Shown here piece by piece: positions 53,801 to 54,938 of a DNA stretch of 54,938 nt. Below the pieces are notes generated by a model. That model was not told the DNA's origin and searched no databases. It was given only the letters and a program-made list of their open reading frames with translations. This DNA is from Patescibacteria group bacterium (GTDB lineage: Bacteria > Patescibacteriota > Minisyncoccia > Phycocordibacterales > UBA918). The stretch lies in the NCBI GenBank assembly GCA_039188945.1, contig JBCCYW010000005.1, positions 1 through 54,938 of the forward strand. Reading direction: 5' to 3'. Made by a program: the position numbers and the translations under genes. Position 1 is the stretch's first letter. Each line of letters starts with the position of its first letter.

Positions 53801-54938
53801 CAGATTGCTAACGCACCATCATCTTCTGATGCAATGTACGCAGTAGTTCCTCGAACCACTAGATCATACGCACCGCCTAAAGCTCTACTCACGGTATCGA
53901 CCCGAGCAGCGACCTGAGTTAAAAGCCCACTTCTACCCATCGTAACAGCAAGGTTTGCTCCGGAAACAGTCACGTCATCAGAGGCTTCGGTTGGCCCACG
54001 TACGGTCAGGCGCTCTTGTACCTCAAGCGTATCGACATCAAGATCACGAACACTTATTTCATCTGAAAAGAGTGTGTCAATCTGGGCAATCATCGTTTCA
54101 ATGGTTGGCACCTTGAAGACTTCCACCCCATCATCTTCGGTACTCGCCACCAACAACACTCCTTCACCAAGCGCGATCGTGCCTGGTCCATCCAGCTCTA
54201 ACTCGTCCGTGTCAGTCAGCGTCCAGATGTGGATCGGATTATCTGGGTCACTAATGTCAAATACCAGGATGGCATCACCATCCCGGGCGGTCACCACCAA
54301 GCGCTCACCAATCCGCTCTAGGCTACTCGGATAGTCAAACACCTCAGCTACCTCAATGTCAACGGGGTACAGTGTCACCGCCTCGACCATCGCTTCTGGA
54401 ACTGATATATCAATCACCGTAAGCTGATCGTCGATACCGCTTGTGACGTACAGCAATCCTTCTTCTGGGTATAGTTCGACATCAGTCACATCATCGAGGC
54501 CGGTAATCGATGAGGCATCAAGTGCACTAATAATGACAGGGTTATCTTTATCCGCTACGTTAATCGCCGTCAGACCATTATCTCCAGCCGTGATGACGTA
54601 CGCGATATCGTCATCAATTTCGATAAACCCGCCACCATCAAGTTCATTACTAACATCATCATAGATCGCTCCGCGCACCGTAAGTTCACCGTTGCCATCG
54701 ATTTCAATAATCCCGAACCCTTCTTCCTCAGACGCATCAGCATTAATTGTATAAATGTAGTCGCCATCTATTTCAATATCAGTAATGTTTGTTAATACAC
54801 AATCATCATTAGGGTTACTAGAAACGAACGCAAAATCACACTGTGCGTCAGAGATACTACTGACGTGTTGTGGGTCAGTACTGGAACTTATATCAAGTAG
54901 TGTAATACCGTCATCATTTTCACCAGCCACCACCAATC
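41881..54938 (-). CDS. giant repetitive surface protein, at least 4351 aa in window (5' end beyond right edge)
   Basis: Single uninterrupted frame from the window edge to the TAG at 41881. Contains LVIVD-type repeats, five propeller-like super-repeats, GNVGIGTTTPS stalk repeats, a C-terminal globular domain and an acidic tail. Confidence 0.9.
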   Translation of the reverse strand, partial: LVVAGENDDGITLLDISSSTDPQHVSSISDAQCDFAFVSSNPNDDCVLTNITDIEIDGDYIYTINADASEEEGFGIIEIDGNGELTVRGAIYDDVSNELDGGGFIEIDDDIAYVITAGDNGLTAINVADKDNPVIISALDASSITGLDDVTDVELYPEEGLLYVTSGIDDQLTVIDISVPEAMVEAVTLYPVDIEVAEVFDYPSSLERIGERLVVTARDGDAILVFDISDPDNPIHIWTLTDTDELELDGPGTIALGEGVLLVASTEDDGVEVFKVPTIETMIAQIDTLFSDEISVRDLDVDTLEVQERLTVRGPTEASDDVTVSGANLAVTMGRSGLLTQVAARVDTVSRALGGAYDLVVRGTTAYIASEDDGALAIWDVSDPANMVELSSVTDTGSIPLDGARAVDVEGDIAVVGSAVDNGITIIDIADQRNPSVLGSLDDSACDAQASALVQENDGCLFIDIQDVEIHGDYVFTSSAGSSEDGVVVIDISDPANPQFVDALDNLACDAAHSGSCALNNAQDMEIVGDYMFVAGETDDGIAVLNIADPRNMYHATSVYDDGDRIMGNPTSLTVDGDYLYVTAGEENGFSIFDITDPVNPTYITGILNAACDSDTDGGCAFTGPIDSAVIADHLYIAANDIDEGITVYDVSDPTEPTFVDSLFDDTSTLLNGVTSLFATAEAMFATVGGDENGIGAFSIPSVSAPSGLFTYLQSAFATVLTDLFVGNDIVALGDGDFEGQLTSAGLTVEKSGITLDNSVPTDQSNTLYAEDDLLYWNEGQVTTAFTETYVDTTLYGLDLSSVSLAEDIAVTGQTNNLGDFDFSRDGRYLYVTGEVGGVSEIIQYSLSTPFDLSSRSFVASTSVETFSNGAVGIALSREGDYVYVSANGDESLSQYEFGTPYDISTLSLESKISIASYGVDPVGITLNDLDTKVYVADRIQNTVTEFLLPDPNQFSDLVVTATSTFLDTTSLRDVAFGEGGQQLFVTYNGNDTTYLRDLAIAYDISTAGGVVQSYEHQSDENATRAVYVNGDEALLVIGGQSGFGAGDSIHSFNTGQTTGVREDDLHLVYLDTDYGDDRLAIGQDTAPNILSVNGGVYLASTTPANIVDALYNLGGELYFNGNQLSIGEGNTWELFNNGSGVRTGERDLSVLIGALATTSDAILEVIGSTYFSGGLTLASGQPVSTSTTLYNVDDRLNWHGRELTTAFYEADELLSTTTVGIDFNTLTPTTTYDVITPVSAIVDVAFSPLGTKMYAVGSLEDGLPFPAPPSDDSSIFEYDLSVPFDITTAVITASTTISDVDLLDTVGIAINPDGSSLFIADDTDHVINQYDLSTPYDLTTLSFTASSSVLNETNRPRGMSINDDGTKLFVVSQKALDEQEILEYRLTTPYSITSLTFTASTSVSVSKPVVGDLLIYDIEFSDSGKQMFLLYNGIDGTPPIPTIDDDFIIEYTLSTAYDITTAVATGNEYAVTDEEEKARAIYVSEQAEKLYLVGEDRITQYLASTTETEIVGGGGPSGNSITVFDPDNGTGYLALGQTTANNILSVNGGIYLADSATQSVTDALYNINGDLYFNGNQLGISSDNTWEFFNATSSIRTGSSTYSVLIGALATSTNAIFEVIGEAYVSERLSIGTTNDTNALSVGGGIYIAATSTQSTSSALANQDGTLFWDGGSLTTSFSDGFVATGEFGVSIEERAVGMSASGQTNSIEDFTFDSSGTRVYVVGGLGTSANDTVFQYSLATAFDVTSASFVASTSIETHSNIAVGIALSGDGTRMYISQNDGDAIDEYTLSSAFDITTASRIGEHIVIEDTSPGGLAINNNGTKLYMVGLSSDILVEYTFGTPYDLSTLGFNASTTLDATTNPRDVDFTEDGYQMLVAYDDAGTIYYYTLSAPFDITTALPAGSHDISADEGAPRGVWVNLATSTVYVSGLISDNIEAYGGAPVELFNENIRLTTLNPTTGDDRLSIGMTEAPNLLNIEGGIYLASTTPANSSNALYNLGGNAHFNGEQLLSLLGAGLEGQTLRFDNGGDLEATSTLTVAANGNVGIGTSTPSSTLAVAGITSLYDELYAYGESVFARLAVFEDALTIASSTPSATSSSLYNLASDLYWDGRTVDLAFEEVASTSAVTVTTGSFNLDNLTYVQNPTTGLDGTHRGMRFSNDGTKLFLLTDTASRIREYDLSEAYDVSTASFSTTSVILSGEEDDPYDIEFNDTGTKLFLVGTEFGEVHEYDLSIVFDITTTSYVRSVSTTPETDPRTVTFNNDGSKLYVSGAGTDTLREYDLTTPYSLVSVVFNQSTTTDIVNGDVRGHQFNNDGTKMFLLGDGDSDLYEYDLSTPYDISTAAFSRSNDASDVNTAVGMDFNASGTAVYIVDNGSEDFYEYSLTATEVQLQDIENSTELVYLDPAVGAGRLAIGTTTATSTLTVDGDVSIFDRLYAYSESLFAQLTTFSDALTIASSDPSATSSSLYNANDDLFWSGRSVDLAFEEVAVRASAMPGSGFYDVTTAALTATSSIGDEDGLATGITFNNDGTKLFMVGVFTNSVHEYDLSVPYNITTMTISNSTAFPPSGPFLLNDLTFNAAGTKLYIVSGTPSAIYEYDLAAAFDISSTTLVHSTSTANEFGQPRAAVFNPSGTQMYVSGSGTGIATYDLSTPYDVSTAAFATSSDTVLDETSDPRGLRFSADGLQLFFVAGDNSNVYAYDLDSPYAVNTASLAQSTSTAPGTLPASLALEAAGRAIYVLDGSEREVQQYDLAVTEATPEADIENSTELVYLRPDVGSGNFALGTTTARNLLTVQGGAYLASTTPQNTEYALYNLGGELFWNEEAIVTGDITNLALDTLSVSGSSTLSELTVSGTSTLANLFVIGTSSLATTTISSLALTGALFDSTYSSGTPGYILQSTATGTQWVATSTLGFSAASSLWTENGNDIYYDLGNVSIGTSTVAAPLTLQGNLAFFNPGGYQIGTLGTSDSTATADWRIRAEAGNAISFGSNNIIDRLYLATDGNVGIGTTTPSARLSVVGDTSEATELAIMANQDGTYTRTSDYFSVSRSYDQEKILYIGPDDRTYVDGLRTIGVNYLQLSDNNVQALGGDMSFITTGTNDFTFFNGADQLMTIDGLNDGVAIGTTSASRTLTVDGDLYVTGAYYDSQDNAGPAGYILQSTGTGTQWVASTSVQGISGLWTQNGSDIYYDTGGVAIGTTTTELDIDLDIYDTTNAQLRLLRAGGVDVRLKSQDAQGRLTFDGAAGNFLIDRDNSGTTALRIDGSTGDVSIPSSGLGVGTTTVDSGDALVVSGGIIDWDFGDHQIELSTPGGETGLIFNRDERGDYSRFNVKNNPSATPADRYFSFGYNVSQDILNITYDGNVGIGTISPTGQLHVDNDGSYTNNQVFINNGLVSPVTTAPHGYSPTLTIAAEEQNGSRPFFMGYQNANGWTGQVSIGACSAYDQICFNMGASTTDYSALVSHEDNLAIGGRPVTGFGTTDGEFTDVYFGNTGNVLIADGGRLGIGTTSPGAMLDVTNGSGSGSWGILAGSQLDTNARPDDTQKNLRFGVPHYDNQEENFTLLTAVSNATDNLVNIGGNTSAGNAATQINFYVQQDNTTVGGDLAMQVNSSSTVTMTNRLQLGNTNTSWINDVITGYTDGFFTNDAAIFAPLQSGGVSDLRLYIPDDSVDSFSIWGDTCGGGDCGDLNMASVVAHFEGGGNVGIGTTTPSDLLTISGETDGDAVLRIVADTDNTNDDYNPSIILEQDGGTIGAFIGLEAGQNDTFTGSLPNSLLIGTTNTWRTQFGTNNAVAMTIDNTDQEVAIGHVDPVSLLHISSETAGDSVLTIEADTDNNNENDNPGIVFRQDGATTLAYIGLEGSSGTRFTSSVSNSLIIGTETTHDLQFAANDIVMMTLRDTGFIGIYDTSPDEELTVVGGICAKDGAGDTCNTPTGQIDADGAINANNFDLAENFLTDDETLEAGEVVMMDPDNPVTHVTRAESGDESYKLGVISTAPSMVMGYAVNPDEFNEEAVRPVALSGRVPVKVNFDNGVIAAGDRITLSSTTPGVAMRSTKATDHVIGVALESYETTGATSTAFAELIGTTTVPADTIMMLVENDPASKLAIGVDRFLADTQSTESLLLAASDTSTDSIGQLADRIADLVLARLEHLGVQVANAAIYVNDLFAERIVVDNLTVGSEASPSGITFYDDLGAPYCIKVEVGGELVSYPGECGSESNEPISTDNTGDSDTTETNTDTETFATSDTAGGSTEPTNPDQDATSSTTASTTNESSVDDDAATSTEPVEDVIDDVTSEDQDSAPTVDEEVEESVDPEPEDTVDDSEVDPEPVEDDSVSEEESEPVDPIGDSDESIE
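41884..42300 (-). other. 139-aa D/E/S/T-rich low-complexity C-terminal tail of the giant protein
   Basis: SESNEPISTDNTGDSDTTETNTDTE...VDPEPEDTVDDSEVDPEPVEDDSVSEEESEPVDPIGDSDESIE. Confidence 0.9.
43200..46620 (-). other. tail-fibre-like stalk region of the giant protein
   Basis: About ten repeats of the (G)NVGIGTTxPxxxLxV motif, plus GYILQSTGTGTQWV (twice). From memory, this motif is typical of 'tail fiber domain' proteins. Confidence 0.5.
46620..52600 (-). repeat. five tandem ~370-400-aa super-repeats (4-5 blade units plus a stalk/collar segment each)
   Basis: At least 20 blade units with the core (E/Q)Y(D/S/T)L(S/T)xP(Y/F)D(I/V)(S/T)T. Each set is followed by LVYLD..G..RLAIG...LYLASTTP.N...ALYNLGG.L.FNG. 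Confidence 0.85.
52830..54938 (-). other. LVIVD-repeat beta-propeller region of the giant protein
   Basis: Recurrent units such as DVEIHGDYVFTSSAGSSEDGVVVIDISDPANPQFV, DMEIVGDYMFVAGETDDGIAVLNIADPRNM and GDYLYVTAGEENGFSIFDITDPVNPTYI. Confidence 0.75.

Noticed and set aside
1-54938. CRISPR arrays, rRNA genes, IS elements with terminal inverted repeats, additional tRNAs
   Set aside because: Scanning by eye found no regularly spaced direct repeats, no rRNA-like conserved blocks, no transposase-like ORFs, and only the single tRNA-His T-loop signature.

Overview
This 54.9-kb window comes from a tightly packed bacterial genome that uses the standard genetic code and has moderate GC (not computed). 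The gene content suggests a small-genome CPR/Patescibacteria-like organism, but that is inference only. Positions 1-24.9 kb hold housekeeping genes, almost all on the minus strand: glyQS (partial), a membrane-anchored beta-rich protein, a recO-like gene, ileS, three small ORFs, argS, a DUF2914-type membrane protein, a thymidylate block (glyA, thyA, dcd, a CYTH protein, divergent folA, a YfbR-like HD nucleotidase), rplK, nusG, secE, a SIMPL protein, a matrixin protease, nrdB-nrdA and mscL. At 25.0 kb a tRNA-His(GTG) is overlapped antisense by a large serine recombinase gene. This opens an accessory island of about 5-6 kb carrying a wHTH regulator, a superinfection-immunity-like peptide, a small-terminase-like HTH protein, a two-gene plus-strand cassette and unknown genes. 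Positions 31-55 kb hold envelope and surface genes: a G8/beta-helix protein, Nudix, HupE/UreJ, a four-gene surface operon containing a dockerin-like and a cohesin-like/Ig-like protein, and a giant ORF of more than 13 kb (4351 or more codons, 5' end off-window). The giant ORF is built from LVIVD repeats, five propeller super-repeats and tail-fibre-like stalk repeats. The most notable points are: (1) a complete histidine-phosphatase domain inserted in the IleRS catalytic core; (2) a self-contained promoter-SD-terminator mini-gene for a 31-aa Arg-rich peptide antisense between nusG and rplK, with rplK terminated and no rplA after it; (3) the ATP-cone sits on NrdB rather than NrdA, and nrdB has a ~750-nt structured leader; (4) the serine integrase overlaps tRNA-His at the edge of a satellite-like island; (5) the putative cohesin-dockerin surface operon lies next to the giant adhesin-like gene. 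No CRISPR array or rRNA was seen.
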